From Myxococcales bacterium SG8_38 (GTDB lineage Bacteria; Myxococcota_A; Polyangia; Polyangiales; Houyiibacteriaceae): DNA of 64,000 nucleotides. Of the stretch, positions 1 through 9,309 are shown piece after piece (position 1 is the first letter of the stretch; every line of letters begins with the position of its first letter). The notes beneath the pieces are model-generated. The model was not told the origin of the DNA. It saw only the letters and a list, made by a program, of their open reading frames with translations, and did no database searches. A program made the translations under genes and the position numbers. The stretch is from the NCBI GenBank assembly GCA_001303415.1, contig LJTN01000029.1, forward strand, positions 1,156-65,155, given 5' to 3'.

Positions 1-118
1 GCGCAATCCTCGAACCGGGAAACCAGTGCCAGTTCCGGAGAAACGGCTTCCCTTTTTCAAGGTCGGCAAGGAGCTCAAGGAGCTGGTGAACGACGGGGCC
101 TCAGAGGCTGGCGAATAG
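1..118 (+). CDS. C-terminal fragment of an HU/IHF-family DNA-binding protein (5' end outside window)
   Basis: Frame 2 reads [38 protein letters not shown] and stops at TAG 116-118. The RNPRTG..V.VP....P.FK.GK.LK pattern is the HU/IHF arm and C-terminus. Confidence 0.6.
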   Translation, partial: RNPRTGKPVPVPEKRLPFFKVGKELKELVNDGASEAGE

Positions 119-128
119 GGGCGATCCC

Positions 129-1349
129 GTGAAACCCGAAGCCCAGCTTGCCGAGCTGAAGCACGGCGTCGTGGACTTGCACGTCGAGTCGGAGCTGCTG
201 GAACGTTTGAGCGAGGGCAAGCCCCTCAAGATCAAAGCGGGGTTCGATCCGACGCGGCCGGACTTGCACCTCGGGCACACGGTTCTGTTGAACAAGATGC
301 GCCAGTTTCAAGACCTCGGGCACGAGGTGGTGTTCATCGTGGGTGATTTCACCGCGCAGATCGGCGATCCCTCCGGACGAAGCAGCACGCGACCCGTCCC
401 GACGCGCGAGGAGATACTCGAAGGCGCGCGAACCTATGCAGAGCAGGCGTTCAAGATTCTAGACCGCGATCGAACGCAGATCGTCTACAACAGCGAGTGG
501 CTCGGCAAGATGGCATTCGACGACGTCATCCGGCTCGCTGGCAAATACACGCTCGCTCGGATGATGGAGCGGGACGACTTCAAGCGACGATGGGCCGAGC
601 ACCAGAGCATTTCGCTCCATGAGCTGCTGTACCCGCTTGCGCAGGCCTACGACTCGGTGGTCCTCGAATGCGACGTCGAGCTCGGTGGAACCGATCAGTT
701 GTTCAACCTGCTCGTGGGGCGCGAGATCATGCGCGAGACCGGGCAGCGGCCGCAAATCGTGATGACCACTCCGATTCTCGAAGGCATCAACGCGCGAGTG
801 GAAGACGGCAAGGTCATCGGCGCGAAGATGAGCAAGTCGCTCGATAACTACGTCGGCGTTGCGGAGCCTCCGAAGGAGCAATTCGGCAAGCTGATGAGCA
901 TCTCGGACGATCTGATGTGGCGATACTACGAGTTGCTATCCGTGGAGCCGGTTGCAGAGGTGGAGCGGCGCAAGCGCGCATGCGAGTCGGGCAGCATGAA
1001 TCCTCGTGATGCCAAGATCGCGTTGGCCAAAGAGATCGTGGGCCGGTACCACGATGCAGCGCAGGCCGACGTCGCCGAAGCGTCCTGGCTGGCGCAGTTC
1101 TCGAAACGTCAAATGCCGGACGAAATGCCCGAGCACGAGGTCACGCTCGAAGAGGACACCATCTGGATTCCCAAGCTCCTCAGCGACATCGGCTTGGCGA
1201 GAAGCTCGAGCGACGGACGTCGACGCATCCAGCAGGGCGGCGTCGAAATCGACGGCAGCCGAGTCACCGACCCCCAGGCGAAGCTCCCCAAGGGCCGCTA
1301 CGTCATCAAGTCCGGCAAACGCGCCTGGGCCGCCGTCACTCTGAAGTAG
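129..1349 (+). CDS. tyrS: Tyrosine--tRNA ligase (short form with C-terminal S4-like domain)
   Basis: Class I HIGH-type motif (DLHLGH), KMSKS motif (AKMSKSLDNY), and S4-like tail (RRRIQQGGVEIDGSRV). GTG start at 129. Confidence 0.95.
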   Translation: MKPEAQLAELKHGVVDLHVESELLERLSEGKPLKIKAGFDPTRPDLHLGHTVLLNKMRQFQDLGHEVVFIVGDFTAQIGDPSGRSSTRPVPTREEILEGARTYAEQAFKILDRDRTQIVYNSEWLGKMAFDDVIRLAGKYTLARMMERDDFKRRWAEHQSISLHELLYPLAQAYDSVVLECDVELGGTDQLFNLLVGREIMRETGQRPQIVMTTPILEGINARVEDGKVIGAKMSKSLDNYVGVAEPPKEQFGKLMSISDDLMWRYYELLSVEPVAEVERRKRACESGSMNPRDAKIALAKEIVGRYHDAAQADVAEASWLAQFSKRQMPDEMPEHEVTLEEDTIWIPKLLSDIGLARSSSDGRRRIQQGGVEIDGSRVTDPQAKLPKGRYVIKSGKRAWAAVTLK

Positions 1350-1510
1350 CGGGACACTCTCCGGGTCCCGAACCTGCCGAAATCACGAAGGTCCCCAGGC
1401 GAAGATCGCAGCGCCAAATCGTTCCACGATTTCCGGCCGAGCAGGGGGAGTGCCGTGCTAGCCTCTAGAACCTCCGAAACGAATCGCTGCGATCTTTTGC
1501 TGAGAAGCGG

Positions 1511-3184
1511 TTGAATGTCGGGAGGTTGGGAGGCAGGAGAGTGTCCCGGTCTTACAAGCAGCATCGGGATTTGGGCGATCGGTGGGATGTGATCGTCGTG
1601 GGGTCGGGGATCGGCGGATTGTCGGCGGCGGCGACGCTTTCGAAGCTTGCCGGCAAGCGGGTGCTGGTGCTCGAACGGCACTACAGGGCCGGCGGCTTTA
1701 CGCACACGTTCCGCCGGCCCGGCTACGAGTGGGACGTCGGCGTTCACTACATCGGGGACGTGTCCCACCCCCGTGCTGCGGGCCGGCGCCTCTTCGACTT
1801 CATCACCGACGGCAAGCTCGAGTGGGCAGACATGGGCGACGTCTACGACCGCATCATTTTGGGCAACGAAGCATACGACTTCGTGAAAGGCCTCGAGCGG
1901 TTTCGCGAACGCATGCACGGGTATTTCCCTCGGGACAGAGACGCGATCGATGCGTACCTGGAAAAGGTCATCGCGACGGCAAAGAAGGCCCAGCTCTTCT
2001 TTGCCGAAAAGCCGATGCCGCTCCTGGTATCCAAGCTGATCGGCGGGATGATGCGTCGCCCCGTTCTCAAGGAGGCCACCCGAACCACCCGCGAGGTGCT
2101 CGAGGAGATCACGTCGAACCAAGAGCTCATCGGCGTGCTAACCGGCCAATTCGGCGACTACGGTCTGGTTCCCGCAAAGAGCAGCTTCTTCATCCACGCC
2201 ATGGTCGCCAGCCACTACTTCCGAGGGGCGGCATATCCAATCGGCGGCTCCGCGAGGATCGCTGAGACCATTGCTCCGGTGATCGAAGCATCCGGAGGGG
2301 AGGTGGTGACCAATGCCGAAGTCACCGAGGTCCTGATCGAGGATGCTCGAGCGGTCGGTGTCAGGCTGGCCGATGGGCGTCCTCTTTACGCCCCGGTGAT
2401 CGTCAGTGATGCCGGCGTCGCCAATACCTTCGAGCGCCTGGTTCCGCGCGATGTCGCCGAGGCCGCCGGTCTTGCTGGGAAGGCCAAAGAGGTGGCGGCC
2501 TCGATTGCGCATCTGTGCCTATACGTCGGGCTCCAAGGCACCGCCGAAGACCTACAGCTTGAAAAGACCAACCTCTGGGTCTACCGGGACCACAGGCACG
2601 AGGAGAACATCGAGCGTTTCACCGCAGACCTCAACGCCCCGCTTCCCGTCGTCTATCTTTCGTTTCCATCGGCCAAGGATCCAGACTTCAATCGCCGTCA
2701 CCCGGGCCGTTCGACGATCGAGGCGATCACGCTGGGGTCCTACGAGCAGTTCCGAGCCTGGGAGGGCACGTCCTGGAAGAGACGGGGCCCGCAGTACGAG
2801 GAGCTGAAGGCCAGCCTCTCGGAGCGCCTACTCGACACGCTCTATCAGCACGCGCCTGCCACGCGCGGCAAGGTCGAGATCGCCGAGCTCTCGACGCCCC
2901 TTTCCACGCGCAACTTCGCGGGCCATCCGCATGGCGAGATCTACGGGCTGGCGCATACCCCGCGTCGCTTCGAGCAACGATGGCTCAAACCGCGCACCCC
3001 CATCGACGGTCTGTATCTCACGGGCGCGGACATCGCGTCGTGCGGCGTGATGGGGGCCCTAATCGGCGGCATGCTTTGCTGCTCGGCGGTGCTCAACGGA
3101 AACGTCTTGGCTCAGGTGCTCAAGCACCAGGCACAGGCTTTGCGGCAAAGCGCGCTTTCTCCAGGCGAGCCCGCAGAGGCCTGA
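1511..3184 (+). CDS. FAD/NAD(P)-dependent oxidoreductase, phytoene-desaturase/RetSat-like family
   Basis: N-terminal Rossmann dinucleotide motif DVIVVGSGIGGLSAAATLSKLAGKRVLVLERHYRAGG followed by GYEWDVGVHYIG. About 550 aa, typical for CrtI/retinol-saturase-like proteins. The true start may be a few codons downstream. Confidence 0.8.
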   Translation: MNVGRLGGRRVSRSYKQHRDLGDRWDVIVVGSGIGGLSAAATLSKLAGKRVLVLERHYRAGGFTHTFRRPGYEWDVGVHYIGDVSHPRAAGRRLFDFITDGKLEWADMGDVYDRIILGNEAYDFVKGLERFRERMHGYFPRDRDAIDAYLEKVIATAKKAQLFFAEKPMPLLVSKLIGGMMRRPVLKEATRTTREVLEEITSNQELIGVLTGQFGDYGLVPAKSSFFIHAMVASHYFRGAAYPIGGSARIAETIAPVIEASGGEVVTNAEVTEVLIEDARAVGVRLADGRPLYAPVIVSDAGVANTFERLVPRDVAEAAGLAGKAKEVAASIAHLCLYVGLQGTAEDLQLEKTNLWVYRDHRHEENIERFTADLNAPLPVVYLSFPSAKDPDFNRRHPGRSTIEAITLGSYEQFRAWEGTSWKRRGPQYEELKASLSERLLDTLYQHAPATRGKVEIAELSTPLSTRNFAGHPHGEIYGLAHTPRRFEQRWLKPRTPIDGLYLTGADIASCGVMGALIGGMLCCSAVLNGNVLAQVLKHQAQALRQSALSPGEPAEA

Positions 3185-3230
3185 GAGGCATTCCGCTCGC
3201 GGAGGCTCCCTGATTCGGTATGCTAGCCGA

Positions 3231-3815
3231 ATGATTCCACTCGATCTCGACCATCCCGTTTGGGAACAAGTCTACATGGTCGCGCCGCTCACCATCGTCG
3301 GGACCCGTGAGCCCGATGGCAGCTACGACTTGGCCCCAAAGCACATGGCGATGCCCATGAGCTGGCAAGATCACTATGGCTTCGTGTGCTCGCCTTCCCA
3401 CGCCACATACGTCAACGCGCGTCGCGAAGGTTGCTTCACGGTCAGCTTTCCAAGGCCCGATCAGATACTGCTGACGAGCTTGGCCGCCGCTCCCCGATGC
3501 AACGACGATCACAAGCACGCCCTTCAGGCCATCCCGACGATTCCAGCCCGCAAGATCGACGGCGTGCTCGTGGCACAGGCCTATCTGCATCTGGAATGCG
3601 AGCTCGACCGCATCATCGATGATCTCGGCGACAACAGCGTGATCATCGGGCGCATCGTGCAGGCTTTCGTCGCCGAAGACAGCGCCCGGGAGGTAGACCG
3701 CGACGCCCAGGAGATGATCGCGCATTCGCCAATGCTCGTGTACCTGCATCCGGGACGTTTCGCCAGGATCGTAGAGACCAATGCCTTCCCCTATCACGTC
3801 GGTTTCAAGCGCTAG
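3231..3815 (+). CDS. Flavin reductase-like (FMN-binding split-barrel) domain protein
   Basis: 194 aa. APLTIVGTREPDGSYDLAPKHMAMPMS and the later HLECELDRII resemble the flavin-reductase-like domain. High GC3 frame. Confidence 0.55.
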   Translation: MIPLDLDHPVWEQVYMVAPLTIVGTREPDGSYDLAPKHMAMPMSWQDHYGFVCSPSHATYVNARREGCFTVSFPRPDQILLTSLAAAPRCNDDHKHALQAIPTIPARKIDGVLVAQAYLHLECELDRIIDDLGDNSVIIGRIVQAFVAEDSAREVDRDAQEMIAHSPMLVYLHPGRFARIVETNAFPYHVGFKR

Positions 3816-3825
3816 CGCACACGCC

Positions 3826-4928
3826 ATGTCGCAGGATCTGCCGAAGCGCATTGTGGAGCACCTCGATCGAAGCCGCGCGGCGATGTCCGATCTCCTGGAG
3901 CAACTGGTGCTGTGCGAATCGCCCTCGAGCGATCCGTCCTCGCTGCGCCGCATGCTGCAAGTGCTGGCGGGGGCATTCGAGCAGCGAGGTTTCCGTCCCG
4001 TGATCCTCCCGGGGAAGCAGAGCGGCGGAATGCTCTTGGCTGTTCCCGAGCGCCGGCCGCGTCCGAGGAGGCACCAGCTCGTGCTCGGACACTGCGACAC
4101 CGTGTGGCCCGTAGGCACGCTTCAAACCATGCCGGCCAAGGTCGAAGACGGCACGTTTTGGGGTCCCGGCGCGTACGATATGAAGGCGAGATTGGAAGCC
4201 ACGACTCGACGCGCATGATCGTTCGCTTGGCGCGCCGCGCGGACCGGTGTTTCGTGCTGGAGCCATCGCTCGGTCCCGAGGGAAGCCTCAAGACCGCGCG
4301 CAAAGGAGTGGGCAGGTTCACGATCACGGTGAAGGGAAGAGCGGCTCATGCGGGCCTCGATCCGGGCCAAGGCGCGAGCGCGATTCTCGAGCTTTCACTC
4401 ATCGTCCAGCAGTTGTTCGCGCTCAACGACGCAGAGCGGGGCGTCACCGTGAACGTCGGCACCATCGACGGGGGGCTGAGCCCGAACGTGGTTGCTCCCG
4501 AGAGCAAGGCGACTGTCGACGTGCGCGTGCCCACCAAAGAGGATGCCGCGCGAATCGAAGCCATCATTTTCGGAATCCAACCGCAAACCCCGGGAACGCG
4601 GGTGGAGATTCGTGGCGCAATCGGCCGCCCGCCAATGGAACGGACAGCGCGAAACCAGCGTCTGTGGCGCCTCGCCGTGCGATGCGCGGAGGAGCTCGGG
4701 TTTCAGATCGATCAGGCGGCGGCGGGCGGGGGCTCGGACGGCAACACGACCAGCCAACTGGCTCCGACGCTCGATGGCCTCGGCGCGGTGGGCGCAGGGG
4801 CGCATGCGCTAAGCGAGCATCTGGTGCTCGACAAGATGATCGAGCGGTCGGCGTTGCTTGCCCGGCTTCTGTCTTGCCCGCCCCTCGACGTCGCGGTGCC
4901 CCCGGAGGATGACACGCACTCGGTCTAG
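3826..4928 (+). pseudogene. M20-family metallopeptidase (carboxypeptidase G2-like) disrupted by an internal deletion plus frameshift
   Basis: The N-terminal part (frame of 3781..4218) carries LGHCDTVWP and GPGAYDMKA. The C-terminal part (frame of 3912..4928) carries EGEIGSHDS..FVLEPS..GRFTITVKGRAAHAG..GGSDGN..GAGAHALSEH. The two frames overlap at about 4185-4200, so about 30 aa between the DMK and DEE-type motifs are absent. Confidence 0.75.
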
Positions 4929-6244
4929 AGCCCTGCCGCGCCGATCACCGCCTGTCGCAAGGGGAAATCCTCCCCTACTTCTTCGAGCAATCGGTCTGCG
5001 GGGCATCGCGCCTGTTCCAGAAGGTCGCGTAGGGGCCGAAGCAGCACCGTTTCGTCCTCGCCCGCCGCGTTGGTCTCGCCGATGCGCCGGAGGCCGGACT
5101 CCGCAAGCTCCAGGATCTCTCCCGCCCAGTCCGCGGCCTCGCGGTTCATGAACTTGGTGCGGATTCCGAGGCGCGCGAGATCGTCTCGTTGCCGCTGAAC
5201 TTCGGGAAACGACCATGGGTCGACCAGGCGTTCGAGCCCGCGCAAGCTATCCTCGTCGTAGAGCAAGCCCTTCCACAATGCGGGCAGGGCATAGAGCATG
5301 TCCGGCCCTTGTGCGTCGGCACCCCGGTACTCGAGGGTGCTCTTCAGCCGCACCTCGGGGAACAGGGTCCGAAGATGAACGACCCAGTCCTCGTAGCGCG
5401 CTGCGACCCCTCGAAAGCCGTTCTCCAAGAACGCTCGAAACGTCTGCCCGGTGTTGTAGTAAGCTTTCCCGCCACGCTTCACGAGGAACATCGGCACGTC
5501 GAGCGCCCACTCCACGTAGTCCCTGTAGGACGGGTAGTCCTTCCACGCGAAGGGAAGAAGCCCGGATCGGTCGCGGTCCATGTGCAGCCACGTGAGCGCG
5601 CGGTAGGACTTGTAGCCGCTCCGCTTTCCCTCGTTCCACGGGCTGTTGGCAAACATGGCCGTAACCATCGGCTGCGCTCGAAGCCCGGCACGCAACTTGC
5701 GCATGGCGTCTTCCTCCGACGCGTAGTCCAAGTTGGCCTGCACCGTGCACGTCTTGGTCATCATGTCGCCGGCCATGGGGCCACGCGTCGGCATGTACGT
5801 GCGCATGACCTCGTAACGCATCTTGGGCACCCAACCGAGCTGGTCCACCGTTGCAAACGGGTGGGAGCCGAGCCCGAGCCATATCAGACCGAAGTCCTCG
5901 ATGACGGGCTGCAGGTCGGCCCAGTGCGCGTCTGATTCGGCCTTGCCCTCGTGAACGGACCGATAGGGCGAGCCCGACAGCTCGATCTGCGAGCCGGGCT
6001 CGAGCGTCACAGAGGCATCCGCGCGTCGGAGCGCGATGATCGGGCCGTCGTCGAGCTCTTGCTCGGGCTCCCAGCCATGCTCTCTGATGAGCGCTTCGAA
6101 GATCGCCACGACACTGATGCGGCCCTCGTAGGGCAGATGCGCACCGTCGGCTCTACGGACCGCGATTCGCTCTGCTTCCGTGCCGATTCGCCAGCGCTCC
6201 CGTGGCTTCTCCGCATCGTGAAACAGCACGAGCAGGTCATCCAT
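4925..6244 (-). CDS. gshA: Glutamate--cysteine ligase, plant/alpha-proteobacterial type (GCS2 family)
   Basis: WRIGTEAER, TLEPGSQIELSG, MRTYMPTRG, CTVQANLDY, FANSPW, LFPEVRLK..EYRGAD and LPALWKGLLYDED align along the full length with plant-type GCL. I chose ATG 6244 (MDDLLVLF) because the 530-aa ORF extension would overlap pyrE. Confidence 0.9.
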   Translation of the reverse strand: MDDLLVLFHDAEKPRERWRIGTEAERIAVRRADGAHLPYEGRISVVAIFEALIREHGWEPEQELDDGPIIALRRADASVTLEPGSQIELSGSPYRSVHEGKAESDAHWADLQPVIEDFGLIWLGLGSHPFATVDQLGWVPKMRYEVMRTYMPTRGPMAGDMMTKTCTVQANLDYASEEDAMRKLRAGLRAQPMVTAMFANSPWNEGKRSGYKSYRALTWLHMDRDRSGLLPFAWKDYPSYRDYVEWALDVPMFLVKRGGKAYYNTGQTFRAFLENGFRGVAARYEDWVVHLRTLFPEVRLKSTLEYRGADAQGPDMLYALPALWKGLLYDEDSLRGLERLVDPWSFPEVQRQRDDLARLGIRTKFMNREAADWAGEILELAESGLRRIGETNAAGEDETVLLRPLRDLLEQARCPADRLLEEVGEDFPLRQAVIGAAGL

Positions 6245-6391
6245 TCCGCGAAGGGGGGCGTCGGGTTTCGGCAACGTGTCCTCTGAATCCGCTTTTCGGG
6301 CGCGGGACCCTACCACGAAGCCCACACGGGTGCTGCCGGGAAGAGCCGGTTCGAGGTTGCGCGATGGGCCGGGACGTGGTGGAACAGCGGC

Positions 6392-6940
6392 GTGGATCGA
6401 TTGCTCGAGCTGCTCCGGGAACGAGGATTCCGACGCGGCCACTTCGTGTTGAGCTCCGGGCTGGAGAGCGATTTTTTCATCGACTGTAAACCGGCCGTGC
6501 TGCTCGCCGAGGGCCACGCATTGGTCGGTCGGGCATTGCTGGAGCGAATTCGAGACTTCGTCGGCCCGGTTTCCGCCGTGGCGGGCGTGGAGCTCGGGGG
6601 GTGCCCTCTCGCCTCGGCCGTGGCGTTTGCCTCGTGGTCGGCCGGTTCACCGATCGACGCGGTCTACATACGCAAGGCGACCAAGGGGCATGGCACGAAG
6701 CGGCTCCTCGAAGGCGCCGACCACCTTGCCACTGGCGCCAAGCTCGTGATCGTGGAGGACACCGTGACGACCGGCGGCTCGACGCTTCGGGCCGTACAGG
6801 CAGTTCGGGATGCCGGGCTTGGCGTCGCGGGCGTGATTGCGGTGGTCGATCGTCTCGAAGGTGGCGCCGACGCGATCCGCGGCGCCGAGGTTCCGTTCAG
6901 CGCGCTCTTCGATCGAACCGATTTCATGGGGCACACATGA
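6392..6940 (+). CDS. pyrE: Orotate phosphoribosyltransferase
   Basis: GHFVLSSGLESDFFIDCK and the PRPP-binding loop KLVIVEDTVTTGGS. 182 aa. Confidence 0.9.
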   Translation: MDRLLELLRERGFRRGHFVLSSGLESDFFIDCKPAVLLAEGHALVGRALLERIRDFVGPVSAVAGVELGGCPLASAVAFASWSAGSPIDAVYIRKATKGHGTKRLLEGADHLATGAKLVIVEDTVTTGGSTLRAVQAVRDAGLGVAGVIAVVDRLEGGADAIRGAEVPFSALFDRTDFMGHT

Positions 6941-7584
6941 AGCGCGCGGCTCTGGCGTTGTGGGTGATGACGGCGCTCTGCGGGTCCGCGTGCAAGCCAC
7001 ACTCCGTCTCGATGGAGCCCGGTCCGCGCACCTTCAGCCCGGAGTCCTATTCTCGTGTCTGGGAGGCATGGACACGGGAGAAGGAGTCGTTTTCCTGGAA
7101 GGAGCTGGCGCACGAGATCTTCGTGTCCGCCACGTTCGAGTCTTGGGAGTTCCGATGGGCGTACGTGGTGCGCTACGCGTACGACTACAGCCTCGCGCCG
7201 GAGACTCGCGACGAGATGCTTCAGGCGAGCCTGGCAAGCTCCCGGCGGGAGCACCGCTTCTTCGTGACCCTGTCGGGAATGGACTTCCGGGAGTCGAATC
7301 TGGCCGATCCGTCATCGGCCTGGCGAGTCCTCTTGATAGACCCGGAGGGCAACCAGACCGCCCCGATCCTGATGGAACGCGTGAGGAGACCCACCGCCGT
7401 GGACCGAGTCTATTTCCCTCAGGTCAATTCGTTTCGGCAGACGTTTCGCTTGACGTTTCCGGCAGTTGACGCCGACGGCCGCGCGACCATTCCCGATGGC
7501 GCCCCGTTCGTGGTGCTCCGATTCACGGGCGCTCGCGGCCGCGCCGACCTTCGTTGGGACCTCGGGCCCGGCAAAGGCGATTGA
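6937..7584 (+). CDS. Hypothetical lipoprotein
   Basis: ATG 6937 overlaps the pyrE stop (ATGA). The signal peptide MKRAALALWVMTALCGSAC has lipobox-like Cys residues. The upstream part of ORF 6601..7584 is an artefactual extension inside pyrE. Confidence 0.6.
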   Translation: MKRAALALWVMTALCGSACKPHSVSMEPGPRTFSPESYSRVWEAWTREKESFSWKELAHEIFVSATFESWEFRWAYVVRYAYDYSLAPETRDEMLQASLASSRREHRFFVTLSGMDFRESNLADPSSAWRVLLIDPEGNQTAPILMERVRRPTAVDRVYFPQVNSFRQTFRLTFPAVDADGRATIPDGAPFVVLRFTGARGRADLRWDLGPGKGD

Positions 7585-7591
7585 CGAAGGT

Positions 7592-7621
7592 TTGACAGGC
7601 GCGATCCCGGGTCGCTATGAT
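7592..7621 (+). promoter_or_regulatory. Candidate sigma70-type promoter (TTGACA-N18-TATGAT) for the HEAT-repeat gene
   Basis: TTGACA at 7592-7597 and TATGAT at 7616-7621, in the 180-nt gap after the lipoprotein stop. GGAGG at 7671-7675 and ATG 7682 lie downstream. Confidence 0.35.
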
Positions 7622-7764
7622 TTCATCGTCGCGTAAGCCTTCGTAACGAATGGGGAAACGGGCCTTGCGGGGAGGTTTGGAATGATTGTGCGCCACAGGG
7701 GGTTTCCGATCCGGTTCGCCGGGAAAATGCGATCTTCAACCTCAAGGAGATCTACACACGGACG

Positions 7765-9291
7765 TTGGCTGCCAACGCAGGCGACCGACAAAGCGCTGAG
7801 GTGAAAGCCGTGACCGACGTGGTCGTCGATCCGCTCAACCAAGCCTATCTCAACTACCCGGAGGATCGGATCAACGGGCTCGGGATCCTCGACCTCTTGT
7901 ACGAGATGCAGGACCCACGAAGTCTCCCCGCCTTGATCGAGGCGCTCAATTGGCGACTGCAGGTCTCGGAGGATCACGCCATCCGTGCGGCGCAGACCAT
8001 CCAGGTGCTGGATGTGCCTGCCGCCGACAGGCCCAAAGTGATCGAGGCACTGGCTCGCTCGCTCGAGCGCATCACCGGCTCCCGTCCCGAGGACAACAAG
8101 ATGCGCGTGGCCATGATCATGGCGCTCGGCTCTCTCGAGGATAGAGGTGCGACGCAGATCCTGACCGAGATCGCAACCCGGCAAGACGAAAATCAGAACT
8201 TCTTGATCAACCGGCTCGCCGCGCAGCAGCTCGGTGAGCTCCGGGACCCCGAGGCGATTCCCGCCCTCATCAAGTGCTTGTTCTTGTTCGCTCCGAATCA
8301 GCCTGATCTGCGCATGAACGACGTGGCCGCCGAAGCACTGATCTTGATCGGGCGACCTTCGTTGAAGCCTTTGCTCCGAGTCCTGGAAGGCAAGGACGCG
8401 ACGGCCAATGCAATCGCCCAACACTACCTCGACGCGGTCAAGGCCCGCCGTCCGGACCTCGCCACTCGCATGACGGTTCGCCAGGTGACGGGAGGCGAGG
8501 CCAGCTTTGCTCTGGGCGCGCTGGGCTTCTCCGAAGCGCTCGAGCCGCTCCTCGAGGAGGCGAGCTCGTCCGACATTCCGCGCAAGCTGAACGCTGCCAT
8601 CGCACTGGTGCGCATTGACGTGCCGGACGGTCAAAAGGACCGCGTCCGTTCCACCTTGCAGAGGATCTACGGCGAGCTTCCGAAAGGCTTCGAAGGCATC
8701 GCAATGCGCGGACAGTTGCTGGCTGCAATCGCGCATACCTACGACGAGCGGATGATGCCGTTCATCTACGAACAGGTGACCGACAAGCGCGCCAATCCCG
8801 AGCTTCGGCTCATTGCTGCACAGAACTATGCCCTGCTGGCCAACAAGACGGAGGCGGAGAATCTGGCGAGTGTGATCGAGCGCGAAGAGCGATCCGAGGA
8901 AGGCGGCTACAAGGAAAAGCTCGAGGAGCACAAGCCGCTCCTCGCCATGGCAGAGGAGTGCGACACCAGCGTCGATTGCTGGATTTCCAAAGCGGCGAGC
9001 CCGGACAGCACCAAGGCACGCAAGGGAGCGTACATGCTAGGCCGCTACGCGAATGGAAACGAAAAGGCCATCGACGCCTTGGTGGGGCAGCTCGGAAGCG
9101 CGGACCTCGGCGTGCGCCTCTCAGCGCTGATGGCGCTCGATCGCATCGCCAAGGATGGAAGCCCCGCTGCGGTGGCCAAGATTGACGAGCTCCGAACCCG
9201 CGAGGAGGGGCAATCGGTCTGGACGAGATTCCGCGGCGAGGCACTGCCGATTCAAGCCCGGCTTCGGGGCCGGGCTGCGGACGCCGGCTAG
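7765..9291 (+). CDS. HEAT/PBS-lyase-type repeat protein (5' end probably extends to ATG 7682 through a frameshift)
   Basis: Repeated helical units have the D/N-P..R..A...L pattern (DPRSLPALIEAL, DPEAIPALIKCL, ADLGVRLSALMALDRI). The same frame upstream of 7765 still reads as a HEAT unit (SDPVRRENAIFNLKEIY) but lacks a start codon. Confidence 0.75.
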   Translation: MAANAGDRQSAEVKAVTDVVVDPLNQAYLNYPEDRINGLGILDLLYEMQDPRSLPALIEALNWRLQVSEDHAIRAAQTIQVLDVPAADRPKVIEALARSLERITGSRPEDNKMRVAMIMALGSLEDRGATQILTEIATRQDENQNFLINRLAAQQLGELRDPEAIPALIKCLFLFAPNQPDLRMNDVAAEALILIGRPSLKPLLRVLEGKDATANAIAQHYLDAVKARRPDLATRMTVRQVTGGEASFALGALGFSEALEPLLEEASSSDIPRKLNAAIALVRIDVPDGQKDRVRSTLQRIYGELPKGFEGIAMRGQLLAAIAHTYDERMMPFIYEQVTDKRANPELRLIAAQNYALLANKTEAENLASVIEREERSEEGGYKEKLEEHKPLLAMAEECDTSVDCWISKAASPDSTKARKGAYMLGRYANGNEKAIDALVGQLGSADLGVRLSALMALDRIAKDGSPAAVAKIDELRTREEGQSVWTRFRGEALPIQARLRGRAADAG

Positions 9292-9309
9292 CACGGCTGG
9301 CGAGGGACG

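Noticed and set aside
6245-6517. N-terminal 91 codons of the 530-aa gshA ORF.
   Set aside because: The extension overlaps the pyrE start region on the other strand. Plant-type GCL homology begins only after MDDLLVLF, so I used ATG 6244.
7615-8931. 438-aa minus-strand ORF opposite the HEAT-repeat gene.
   Set aside because: It is antisense to a frame with clear HEAT periodicity, and its composition is typical of a shadow ORF.
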